This document shows, piece by piece, positions 11,617-22,988 of a stretch of DNA of 64,000 nucleotides (position 1 is the first letter of the stretch; each line of letters starts with the position of its first letter). The notes beneath the pieces are model-generated. The model saw nothing but the letters and a program-made list of their open reading frames with translations, searched no databases and was not told the origin of the DNA. Both the position numbers and the translations under genes were made by a program. The stretch comes from Takakia lepidozioides (lineage: Eukaryota; Plantae; Bryophyta): NCBI GenBank assembly GCA_030704615.1, contig CM060732.1:75020001-75084000 (forward strand). The letters are read 5' to 3'.

Positions 11617-13316
11617 TGGGTCCACACTATTGTAGAATTTGCTTGTTGGTTTGAGTTGCAATCAAACCAAATTTGCGTTGCAAACATTCATGTTCATTTA
11701 TTATTTATTTGGGAGAAGGTGATGGAAGGGCCGAAATATATTAGTAAAGCGAGAAAAAAATAACCTCGAAGTACAAACCATGAAGGATGAAAAAGGGGAC
11801 ACCCCCCGGTATTTACTTGATATGTCGATAGTACGATTACTCATATGAGTAAAGGTCGAGAGCAATTAATTTGACAAAATGACATAAACCATCCGAAATA
11901 CCAATACAACGTCGGAGACCTTTCAATACCTAGTTCTATTATACTAAGCAATTCTTTCAAAGGTACTAGGATTCAATCATTGCCGCCTGCCCATGATGAT
12001 TATGCCCGCAGTGTCTTTTTAAGGCAAAACAGTTTTTTTTTTTTTCCTTTTATTTTACAGTTTGATGTTTGAGTATATTAGTGGTTTGGATGGAAAAGTT
12101 TAAACCGGATCCAAATATAAGGCAAATTAGGTTCTTAGGAACCTGGTTGAAAATACCCTTGTTGAGAAGTGACCGGCCTTGAAATCAATACCCAGCCAAC
12201 ACTACAATGCGGGAAAGATTGATGTGTTCCCCTTAGACACAGTGAGGGACAAAAACATAAGCATATTCTACGAAAAATATTCTTTATCATTGAAGATTGA
12301 GAAGGGATCGCATAGAATAGACATACAAGGATGTATGACAGCTTCAGGTGAACCTCAGAACCTAGTGTAGAAAAACCTTGGTATCAGGTCATCCAACCAC
12401 AGGGTTAGCATAGCTCATTATCCAATTGATCATATTACATCATTAGAGAATTCAAAGTAATCCGTGGTGCACTCCAGGGGCATTGTTCAATAGCCAAACA
12501 TAAGACAGAGGTCGGCTTGCCATGTGAAGACACAGGTTCCATGTATCAGAAAAGGGAAGTGGAACAACCTTGGTCGAGCCAGCCAAATTTTTGATCTTTA
12601 AGATCCATTGATTGTCGAGGAGAAACTCAATTCAACCCTGGAGACTTCATCCAGCTGAGTTTATTGAAGCATGTTGTATGAACACCTGGGACTTGAAAAC
12701 AACAGTCATGAAAGTTATTTGCAAAAATAGCAAATGGAAGATACAGAGCAACTGTGGGTAATGAAGTTCGTAAAATAGAGCTACTCCAACAATTCATTTT
12801 CTCACAACTGGCCATTAAACTCCAGGGAGGTCAACACAAGCAAGGCTTTGAGAAGAAAGCAAATGAAGTTTTCAAGAATTGGAGAGTGAAAAAAAAAAGC
12901 GAATCCGGGATAAGACAGTGGGGCAAACCTCGCATGATCACATTTTCTATCCTGCTTTGTGGACCAAAACAAGAAGGTCGACCTCAACTTCATTTGACAG
13001 GGCCAGTCGGACTACTGGAGCGAGCCTCCTGCTATGGAGTGACCCCTGGTTTACACTCCTGGCACCCCCCCTTCCTATCCCCACTTTATTGATCCCTTGC
13101 AAATGTGGGGAAGTGTCTAATCAAAAGGCCGGGTCGAGAGAACTCCACTGCGCCCAAATGGTGATGGGACAATGGATTTGCGGATTACAGCTCCATATCC
13201 TCCACGTCTAGCAAGGGAAACCGCAGAATTGATGCATGCCTGATAATTGCTCTCCAGAAACATGCATCGACGAGAAATTCTTTCACTGACTCTGCTAGAT
13301 CTACATAATGGCATCT

Positions 13317-13656
13317 TGTTGGAATATTTGAGCTTCTAAAAAGTTCATCAGTGATGAGGAGTGTTTGAATGGCAAGACGCTCATGTGCTGCTTTGACTGT
13401 TGAGTATTTTAGTCAAAGAAGATCGACGACGTCTAGATCTGTAACGGTCGAACAGATCAGATCAATAGCTCCACTCAATATGTGAAGTAGGCTAATTTAG
13501 TGTCCAAACCACTCCGCCAGTCGCCACTAGTTAATCATGAAAAGAGTAGTGCTAATTCCCTGCTCTCTCTGATACTTAGGACTAGTATATTATGCTTGCT
13601 TCGGGGTTAATGAAGTAGACTTCGGACATCTCATTTCTCCTTCACGATTCCTAACA
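13317..13656 (+). repeat. Copia 5' LTR (~340 bp)
   Basis: Termini TGTTGGAAT...ATTCCTAACA form an imperfect inverted repeat, directly followed by the PBS. Confidence 0.8.
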
Positions 13657-13668
13657 TGGTATCAGAGC
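13657..13668 (+). promoter_or_regulatory. tRNA-iMet primer-binding site
   Basis: TGGTATCAGAGC immediately after the LTR-terminal CA. Confidence 0.92.
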
Positions 13669-16060
13669 GGGTTAGTTGATAGGGTCTCTTAGAAGCTGAC
13701 ACTGTCAGTAGAACTCTTAGTAGTATTCTAAGTTTCCTTGAGTCAATATGGCCCATGGGGAGAGCAGCATGTCTGAGAGCTCCAAACTGGGAGGACAGTC
13801 CAATTATAGCACGTGGAAATTCCGTGTATCCAGTTTGCTACAGAGAGATGAGCTCATAGATGTAGTTGAGCCAAATGCCGATGGGATCTTTATGCCGATT
13901 GAGGAAGAATTCCAGGCTGACCAGGATCGGAGGAAGAAGAAGCGATTATTAGCCTATTCGTGAAAGATGAAATCGTGTCGCATATTGCTGGGATCACTGA
14001 TCCAGCGCAGATGTGGCAAGCTTTGAAGGACCTGTTCGAACAGCGAAGTAGTGTGCGACGTTTGTTACTCAAGACCAAGCTCACAAATCTTCGATTGGAG
14101 GAGGGAGGTTCAGTTGCCAATTACTTCAAGCAGCTGAAGGACTAATCAACCAGCTAGCTAACATTGGTGAGGTGGTACGAGAGGATGAACTCTTTGAGCA
14201 AATTCTTGTTACACTTCCCAAGAGCTATGAATCACTTGCCAACACGCTGATCTACCGTGTTGAACTTCCCACTCTTAGCGAGCTAACTGGCATTTTACTA
14301 CACGATGAGGCTAAGAAGGAAATCCGAGGGAAGAAAACAGAGGACGAGGCTCTGTTCATCAAATCCAAATTCAACAAGGCCAAGGTCTATGACAAGAATC
14401 GTAAGGGTGGTGGAGCAAAACGGGAGGGAAGCTGCAATTTTTGTGGCAATCCAAATCACTGGATGCGCACATGTGTTGAACTTTCAAATGAAATCAAACG
14501 CCGAGCAATAGAGCGTGAGCGTAAGGTGAATAGTGTTAATCTTGTGGAGGAAAGGAGCGATGAAGAAATCGACAATTTCCATGAATGCAACGATGCACCA
14601 AGAGAACTAGCTACAGACATCTTGGAACTGAATTTGGCTGAATACGACAAATCCAACTAGTACGTGGATAGCGGCGCTACCAAGCATGTCACTGGCAATG
14701 ATAATTTGCTTAGTGATGTCAAGAAAGGAGATGAAAATATCAAGGTCAAAACCGCTGGAGGAAACTCTCACGATGTTGCTGGGGTGGGCAACATTACTCT
14801 CTCTCAAAAATACTGCAATAAAAAAAGAAGTTTTGTACGTTCGGGGTGTATCAAAGAATTTATTGTCTGTCATTATTTTAGCAGATAAGGGATTCCAACT
14901 TCTTTTCAACGATCAGCATGTCTATCTCTTGAATGCTTCGTTCAAAGTTCTAACCAAAGGGACTCGAGATCAATCAAACGGTCTGTACAAACTGACTGTG
15001 TCTAGGGAATTCTTCTTGGGATCAGTGACTAACACAATCAATCTCAGTAGAATCTGACATCTTAGGTTTGGGCATTTAAATCACAAAAGCTTACATCTGA
15101 TGCATGAAAAGGGTCTCGTCACCAGTCTACCAAAGATTTCTCCTGCTGACTCAGCATGTCAGGCTTGTGCACTAGGTAAGCAAAGTTGTCAGAAAGCTCC
15201 CAGGAAGAGTTTATACCATAAAGTCCAACCTTTTGAACTGATCCATACAGATTTGTGTGGACTATTTTTTGTCAAATCTTTGTGTGGGGCTTACTACATT
15301 TTGACCTTTATCGATGACTACAGTCGCTTTGGCTAAGTCTACTTTCTTCGGAAGAAAAGTGAGACACTCACTCATTTCCAGCATTTTCATGCGAAGGTCT
15401 TGAGACAATTTAACATGTCAATCAAAGTCTTACGATCAGATAAAGGAGGGGAATACAGTTCTCTCTTATTCTCTAGTTTTTGCAAAGAACACGGCACTTA
15501 GAGGCAGTTTACGCAAACTAACACACCGCATCAGAACGGTGTAGCCGAGCGTAGAAACAAAACCTTGTTAGAAAAGGCAAGAAGTCTGGCCTTCGGTGCT
15601 AATTTCCCAGCTGCTCTTTGGGCCGAGGCCATCAACACTGCAAATTATCTGACAAACATATCTCCTACCAGGGCAAATGATGATATCACTCCCTATCAAA
15701 AATTATACGGACAGGTCCCTGATGTCAAACATCTTAGAGTCATTGGTTGTGAATGTTTTGTTCACGTTAACACTCAGAAGTCCAACTGGTCACCAAAGTC
15801 CAGGAGCTGTGCACTGCCAGCATACGATACATCCACGAAGGGCTATAGATGTTTTTGTCCAGAGTTGAACAAAGTTACAGAGTCTAAAGATGTCATTTTT
15901 TCTGAAGATCACATGAGCTTCATGCCGGTTACAACCAGAACAACGATTGAGGACCTTGCAACAACTGTATTCTGCCATCTACCGCAGACTCCAATACTAC
16001 CAGGACCAACCAGCGGAACAACAAGTTGACGTACCCTATTTCGACCAAGGCGCTGAAACT

Positions 16061-16674
16061 TGTCAAGGATGAGAACATGACTGAACACAAACAAGAGATC
16101 AGACTAGAGGTACAAGACTAGACAAGAAGTCAAGGTCGGCGTGGCCGAATGCATGGTGGGTAAACATGAATCAAGATGATATTTATAACAATGGACAAAA
16201 GTACAAGATACTGGAACTTGACTCGAATACTGGAATGCTGGAAATTGGACTGGCGTACCAGATTCTGGAAACTGAACTAGAGTACTGGAAGCTGGACTGG
16301 AGTACTGGGACTGGGAACAAGAGTAGCTTGAACTTGTGTTGGCGAGACTGAAGAGTGTCCAGTCTCGCCTCCTATATATATTAGCTACTAAGAAGTTCCC
16401 TAAGAAGCTTCCCCTATAGAGGTTTCTTGATGGAGAAGCTTCTTTAAACAAAGGAGGTATCTTGATGGAGAAGTTTCCTCCAAATGAAGCTTCCTGAGCA
16501 GTTTCCCAAGTTACTCTTGGTAATTTGATAAACTCCCGGTAATTTGATAACTAATGGTAAATCATGGTAGATCATGATAAATCACGGCAAGTCATGATAA
16601 CTTCCGATAACATGGTAACTTGGTAACTTCTTGTATTTACTCCTGGTAGGATTCTCTGGGCTATGTCCGTGACA
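16061..16674 (-). repeat. 3' LTR of the chromovirus (~614 bp)
   Basis: Termini TGTCAAGGA...TCCGTGACA (8/9 inverted repeat), adjacent PPT, TATATATA at ~16373 and internal short tandem motifs. Confidence 0.82.
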
Positions 16675-18861
16675 TCACCCCCTCCTCTAGCGCCGAGTTC
16701 CTCGAGGAGCGGTAAAATCTTGGACTTGCTTAGAGTTGGAGAAAATCCAAAATCCGGCGAATGGTACTTGCCAAGTATTCGGCTCTTCGTTCTTGACTCA
16801 AATGATTTATATAGTGGGTGATTCTTACCTCAACAAAAGAGCACAAACAAGTTCTATTTTTCAGATAAAGCTGCAGCAGTATATAGGTCATTGCAACCAT
16901 CGATGGTGTCCAACACCTTGAACTTAGGACCACGCAGTGATTTGAGTATTCTGATTTTCGAAGCTGTCTTCAAACAAAATTTCGTTGCCTTCTGGGTCCG
17001 AAGCCTCAACCTCCAATAGAATTATCAGACTTCGAGTAGGCTCTACTTGCCGTCGTACGGGGTCCAGACGAGGAAGTACGCGTCGCATTGGTGGCCCATC
17101 ATCTCGAGAGCGTCGGCGTGATGTTGAAGGTCGTGAGAGTCGGAACGGCTGATCTGGTAGTTGGGTAAGTGACAACTCCAATGTATCTGGTTCCTGTGAC
17201 TCCATGCTGCCAATACAAGATGCAAGAGTGCTGGAAGTGTAGCTATATATACTGATGTGTGGTGCTCATCCCTCCTTAGAGTGCATCAGGTACATTGAAT
17301 GTGGAGTCTTCACATTGAAGCTAACTTGGCTGACATCATTGTTGTGATGTCTTATTGACGTGTAGCCCGGGGCTTGGCTGGATATCATTGATAAAATTCT
17401 TGGACTTTGTCAGATGCATTGGCGAGGTTGGATGAAGATTCCCACGTTCGTTCGCTGATGTCGTAGCCTTTCCAATGTACGAAATACTCAAGACGTTTAT
17501 ACTTGATGCGAGAGTCTAGGACTTCGTCGACTTCATACTTAATTTCCTGATTGAATTCGATTGGTGGAGGTGGTACGAAGACTCTCCCTGGAATATTCGA
17601 TGGATGATACAACTTCAATAATGAAATATGAAAGACTGGATGGATGCGCATACTTCGTGGGAGGTCAAGCCGAAAACTGACCTGATTTATTTGTCGAATA
17701 ATTTTGAATGGTCCCAGACGTTGATAATCCAACTTCCTTGATGGACGCAAGGTTTGTATGTCCCGTCGAAGAAGCCACACACGATCTCCGACCTTGAACT
17801 GAGGTTGGAATAATAAAGTCCATAGACACGGACGAGCATGGACCCTTGGGGGAATGGGTAATAGTTGAAGAAGGTCGTAAGGTCGATGTCGTGGTCCCTT
17901 CGCTCTAGCACACGTGTCGCAAGATTTTATAAATTTTTTCACGAGTTTCCACATCTGCGGCCACTAATAGTCCCTGGATATCAATTCCATTGTTTTGTTC
18001 AAGCCGAAATGTCCTACAGCCGGAAGATCATGACATGTTTGAAGAATTCGAAGTCGTGTAGGTCCTGGAGGTACATAGAGAAGTCCCTTGAAATAAAGTA
18101 AGTCATCTTTGAATTCGAAGTCGTTTGTAACATGTGGGTTGTCTCGAGGTCAATTTAGTTAACTTCGTAGTGTCGTAGCAAATTGGTCGCTTTTCAGTGC
18201 TTCCTGAATCTCCTTTATGATCTCTGCATCGTCATAGGTAGACATGGATAACATATTCAATTGGAGATTTGCTGGTTTCAAGATGATGGATTTTTGTTGG
18301 TCGAAAGCTGTCTCCCCCTTTTTCGGCGCAAGATATGATCGTCGAGAAAGAGCATCGGGTTTCCCTTAAAGATGTCTGGGGCGATAGGTAATAACAAAAT
18401 CAAACCTTGCTAGTGACATACCCCATCTGGCTTGACGTCGATTCAAAACACGAGCACTCATAAAATATTCGAGGTTTTTGTGATCGCTGTAGACAGTGAT
18501 ATGATGTTTAGTTCCTTCCAGTAGATGACGCCACTCCTCAAAAGCATCGATGATCGCTAGAAGTTCTTTGTCATGGATTTCATAATTGATCTCTGTAGCG
18601 AAAAATTTGCGAGAACGAAAACCAACAGGGTAAAGTCTGTACCGTATTGAGACTGTATAGCACCAAGTGCAAAGTCCGATACATCTGCTTCCAAGAAGAA
18701 TGGTTTAGATGGGTCTATATGTACTAGTATTGGAGCCGTTGTAAATGTCTGCTTCAGCCTTTCAAATGTCTGGTCAGCCTTCTCGTCCCATACAAATTTG
18801 TCCTTCCCTGTGAGTCGTGTCAATGGTGCAGCAATTTTGGAGTAGTCCTTGATGAAGATTC
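16061..18861 (-). mobile_element. Chromovirus-type Ty3/Gypsy remnant (RT end/RNase H, IN with core deleted, chromodomain, PPT, 3' LTR)
   Basis: [32 protein letters not shown]; CDTC, LGPFKI, IHPVFHISLL; chromodomain YEVDEVLD...YFVHWKGYDISERTWE (~17420-17540). PPT at ~16678-16689. Confidence 0.9.
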
Positions 18862-19301
18862 TGTTATGTATGGGGAAGTCGGTGCGCGGGGATGTCGGGA
18901 CCTGCATTTTCGGTTCTATAATTCTGGTTCGGTGTAGGTTCGGGCAAGGTTCAGAATACTCCGCTCATTCTCTCCGCGCACAGCTCACCGCTCATGCATT
19001 TTCAATCCCCGACTACCTGGAGAGAATGAAGACTCTGATCAGGAAGCTACCTCAAGCACCAGGTGATGCAAAAATCATGGTTCATCAACGGACTTCGTCC
19101 TGAATATGTAACCATGGTTACAGTCATGCCTAACAACACTTTGGCTCAAGCAGTAGGAATTGCAAAGAAATTAGAATTGGGATTTCATCAGAGCAGAAGT
19201 AAAGATTCCAAGGATCCCTTGGAAGAAGAAGACTCTGATGATGAAGAAAAACCCAAGCAAAAGAAGAAAGAAGTGATTGACAAAACCACTTTGGATCAGA
19301 A
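18862..19301 (+). mobile_element. LTR-retroelement fragment: TG-started GC-rich segment plus gag piece
   Basis: Chromovirus pol is cut abruptly at TGTTATG (18862). Gag-like text DYLERMKTL and WFINGLRPEY...TLAQAV follows. Confidence 0.55.
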
Positions 19302-21430
19302 CACTACAGGAAAGGGGGGCCTTTGCGACGCCGCGGCCACGCCGCCGCGTTGGGAAAACGACCATTTCGGACCCGGGGCCGGTGCCGAATTTGTGACGCT
19401 CGGCCGTCGCCCGTATGCGGGTCGCGAGCCCCCGCCCCAACTCCCGCGACTGCCGGACGTCGCTTTTCGGGCGGCAAGGGCCTCTTGCGAGCGACGTCTC
19501 GCCGTCGCTACCCTCCAGCTGACGACATTGGTGGGGCGACAGTGCAGCGTTGCATCCCTTTTTTTTTCTAACCTGCCCGGGAGTCCCATCCTAAAACCCA
19601 AAAACACGTGGCGTGAGCCGGGTGGTACGCCAAACGACTATTGGGCGTGGCAAAAAACAGCATGAGCAGGAGTCGGACTCCGCCACGCCCGGGCGTGGGT
19701 TTGCGCGACGCTCTGGCGTCGCGCACTTTATATTTAATCAAAAAATAAAAGAGCTAGCGCAGGTAAGGTGACGGGCTCCGCGACGCCATTGCGTTGCGGT
19801 TTGCGACCCTCGGACCAAAAAAACACGTCGCAGGGGGTGACTTAATTTACAACGCTTGGCCGTCGCGGCTTGTGACCCCCGCCCAAAAAACCTTTCGCAG
19901 GGGGTGTCTTCATTTACGACATCCGGCCGTCGCGGCTTGCGACCCCCTCCCAAAAAACACGTTGTCAATTACGACGTCATGCAGTCGCGAGGCCAGCCTG
20001 GTGGGGGGGTTTGGGGGTTGATTTGGGGGTAAATTGGGGGTGGTTTTTGTTTTTTGCCTGGTTTTGTTTTTGGGGATGGGAGACCTTACAGCTTTTTTAT
20101 TTCTCTGATTTAGCAGGTACACAATTGAGCAAGCATGAATCGAGGGTGAGGATGGTGCGACACATGAATAAGATGGAAGATGGAAAGATAGAAATATATT
20201 TACAGGAAATGAGCTGAAAAGCTCACAAGGGTTCAGTAGGCTGACCCTGGGACCTACATAGACTAGGACTAGCCATCCTCATCCTCATCCTCATCCTCAG
20301 TGGAGGACTCAGAGCTATCCGATGAGCCTGATGACTCCGCGCCCTTTGCCAGAGCACCTAAATGAGGCGGCGTTCCCCTAAGTCCCACAGAGCTCTCATT
20401 CAATCCCTGGCCATGACCCCCGACCTCATCCATACTAGTGCCCTGTAGTACACTCATCCCCTCCGTGTTGGCCATGTTCTTCATGAGGGATTGCCAACCA
20501 TGCTCCTTGGCGTAGTTGTACTCTACCGGAGATGGCTTCCTCTCAAACGCACGTTGCTACACATGCCACAAATTAAAGTCAGTTCTTCGCGATGATGGAG
20601 CGAGAAAGAAGACATAACAAAATCCATAGGGAAGTACGACTTACAAATCGCAAGATAAAACCCTTGGATCCGCCGGCGCCCCACTTGTGTGTGGATTCGT
20701 GTTTGTCAAGGCGGGTTGTTGTTGCTTCGCGTGCCCAGTCAAATTTGGCCTTGTTTGCGGCATCATTCTCTCCCGCAATGAGTGCATCCTACGATACCTA
20801 TGCACCCCCTCCCCCCCAACAATTAGTGAATTACACACATACGTTGCATCGAATCCACCTCATTTAATACACATGCGACAAATGGAAGGTGAAATGATTC
20901 AGGATTTGCCAACCTGTGTAATTCCATAAGGTGGTTTGGGTATGGCCCCCTTTTCCATTGCCCTCCAAATGATCTGTCTGGCATGGTACCTCCTGTCCTT
21001 CAAGTTTCGCCCCACCATCTTCATCACCTTGTGTCACTCCAATTGCCCGGAAACCGGCGGTCTAACTCACGGGCATACGCCCGCTTCGCGCCAAAGTGCT
21101 GATCAGCCCACTTGATGTGCAAATGGAACCACCTCATTGCGAGTTCGAAGGCTGGCTTCTTCATAGCCTCCCAGAACGCACTACAGGGGTCACCATGGCG
21201 ATTCACCTCCACCAGTGGCACCACGATCTTTGCCAACTCCACGTCTTGTATCGCCAAGGCCATGTTCTTCTTCCCACCCTCTCCCTTCTTTGTAGCCTCC
21301 TTCCCCTACTCCTTTGTTACCCCACTGCCCTCCCCCGCATGCACACTCACCCCTTCCTCTCCATGGGACTTCTTCTTCTTCTTTTTTTCCTTCCCCTTCT
21401 CCACGACCATCTCCTTCCCCTTCCCTGTTT
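19302..21430. mobile_element. CACTA (En/Spm) DNA transposon terminus with subterminal repeats and degenerate internal coding pieces
   Basis: CACTACAGGAAA TIR at 19302, dense GCGACG/CGTCGC repeats in both orientations to ~19990, and minus-strand ORF fragments at 20269-21430. Partner TIR not found; right boundary approximate. Confidence 0.75.
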
Positions 21431-21799
21431 GATTTCCTCTTGCACTATAGCCATCTTTTTCACACTCTCTCTATAGGCAAATTGCTTGACAGGAGGTCCC
21501 TCAGTCTCAATGTCATGCTGTAGGATTCTTCCCAAGGTCAGAAGCTCCAAGACTGAACACATCCAGGTTGTGAGCTATCAAGGTCTCAACTTGTTTCTTT
21601 TGGGCTTCCTCAAGTAAGGGGTTAAGTTTGATCTCACCAAGGACTTTGCCAAGGGCTTCTATTTCTTGAGCATTGAGTCTATTCTTGAAGCTCATGGCAG
21701 GAGAAGAGTGGCTGGAAAAAGCAGTGACCAGATCTGATTGATCATGGACAATGCCTAAGGCTTCAAAATCAAAAGCAGGCTGGACTTCACCAATCTCTT

Positions 21800-22080
21800 C
21801 TAAGGGACGGGAAGAAATTCTAGCAAGCACTTGCCCCTTCTTGATGGTCATAGGAAACCTTTCAGGATTGGCTATAAGAAGCTTGACTTCATCTTTGTAA
21901 CCTCTATCAAGAACCCCAGTAGCAACAAGACAATGCTTTAAGGTAGTAAGCCTCCTCCATCCATCAACCTCAAGGTAGTGTCCATTAGGACAAAGATAGG
22001 CCAATTGGGTCTTGACCACTCTCTGGCACATAGATGGAATAGTGACATCACATGGAGCTCTAATCAAAGTACTGTTCTTT
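21800..22080 (-). CDS. dUTPase-like domain within pol of element 2
   Basis: DVTIP..RVVKTQL..CPNGHYLEV..VATGVLDRGYKDEVKLLIAN..TIKKGQVLARI follows the trimeric dUTPase pattern. Motif III is recognisable; the other motifs are degenerate. Confidence 0.78.
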
Positions 22081-22988
22081 TGCACCACAATGGGAGCACC
22101 AGACTTTTGACCAAAGCTAGGTACATGCCACTCATACATCAAGGCAAGATCTGGCTTGTATTTGTAAAACTCCAGCCAAGACATGTTGTGGTGGGTCCTT
22201 TGCCTTACCTCCCTTACCATGGCTTGAACTTGGGAAAGGTTGGCAGTAGCAGTGCCTACATGCATCTTGACAGTCTTGAGAGGCACTATGACTTCATGTC
22301 CTTCTCCATTGGGAAATCTTAGGGAGTTGTCACCAAGGTTGATGGTAGCTTGAGCCCCTGTCATCCAATCCAATCCCAACAAGAACTGGTCTCCTACTGT
22401 AACTATGCAAGTAATCAAGACCTCTTTCTTGTGAATTCTAATAGGGACAGTGACCAGCCCCAAGGGCTCATACCTTGACCCATCTGCAATGATGACCTCC
22501 ATGCCTTGTGCAGGGGTCAACTTGAGGCCCAAGACTCGACTCGCTACCTGCAAAGGGATGGTAGACATGGTTCATCCAGTATCTACAACATATGGAAAAC
22601 TCAAATGATGCATATGATATTGTGTGATCAAGGGACTTATGTCAGGCACTTGACATTTCTTGGCTAGTTCACAATGCAAAGCCTTAAAGTTAGTTGACAA
22701 CATGACCCTCTTCTTACTTGCATCAACAGGGGTGCTCCTTCCCATGACCTCTTGTCCCCTGCCCAAGAGATCTTTTTAGTTTAAATGTGTGTAGCCAGCC
22801 TGGTTGGAAGATTCTACCTGAGCATAGCCCTCACAGTCAGGATGTCATACCTTAGTGTAATGCTCATCACTGCCACAAATATAACAAGGAGCAAACTTCC
22901 TCTCATAAGTAGCCCCTGTTTGTGTCTTACCTCTGAACCCTCCACCTTTACCTCTCTGCTGATCTCTGGGTTTGTATCCAGCTCTTTG

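Larger units (their letters stand above)
1..11626 (+). mobile_element. Ty3/Gypsy LTR retrotransposon (element 1): ORF0-gag-PR-DNA methyltransferase-RT-RNaseH-IN-PHD; 5' end lies before the window; this copy is defective
   Basis: Domain order PR-RT-RH-IN is Gypsy-type. Bases 1-136 are identical to 11376-11511. PPT (AGGGGGGCG) at ~11080-11088 directly precedes TGTGG at 11091. Several in-frame stops and frameshifts. Confidence 0.95.
13317..16060 (+). mobile_element. Decayed Ty1/Copia LTR retrotransposon (5' LTR, gag, PR, IN), cut off by a Gypsy LTR
   Basis: Knuckle CNFCGNPNHWMRTC; PR YVDSGATKH; pre-integrase HLRFGHLN and CQAC; IN HTDLCG, LRSDKGGEY, QNGVAERRN. IN follows PR directly (Copia order). 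Many stops. Confidence 0.92.

Noticed and set aside
12030-13310. Possible minus-strand LINE 3' remnant (poly-T at ~12032-12045, CEVC...FFFS zinc-finger-like text)
   Set aside because: Too degenerate and no RT motif is visible, so it cannot be supported without a search.
19320-19990. Repeat cluster as a CRISPR-like or regulatory array; ORFs 19063-19665 and overlaps as genes
   Set aside because: Short motifs in both orientations next to a CACTA TIR are subterminal repeats; the ORFs are read-through of GC-rich repeats.
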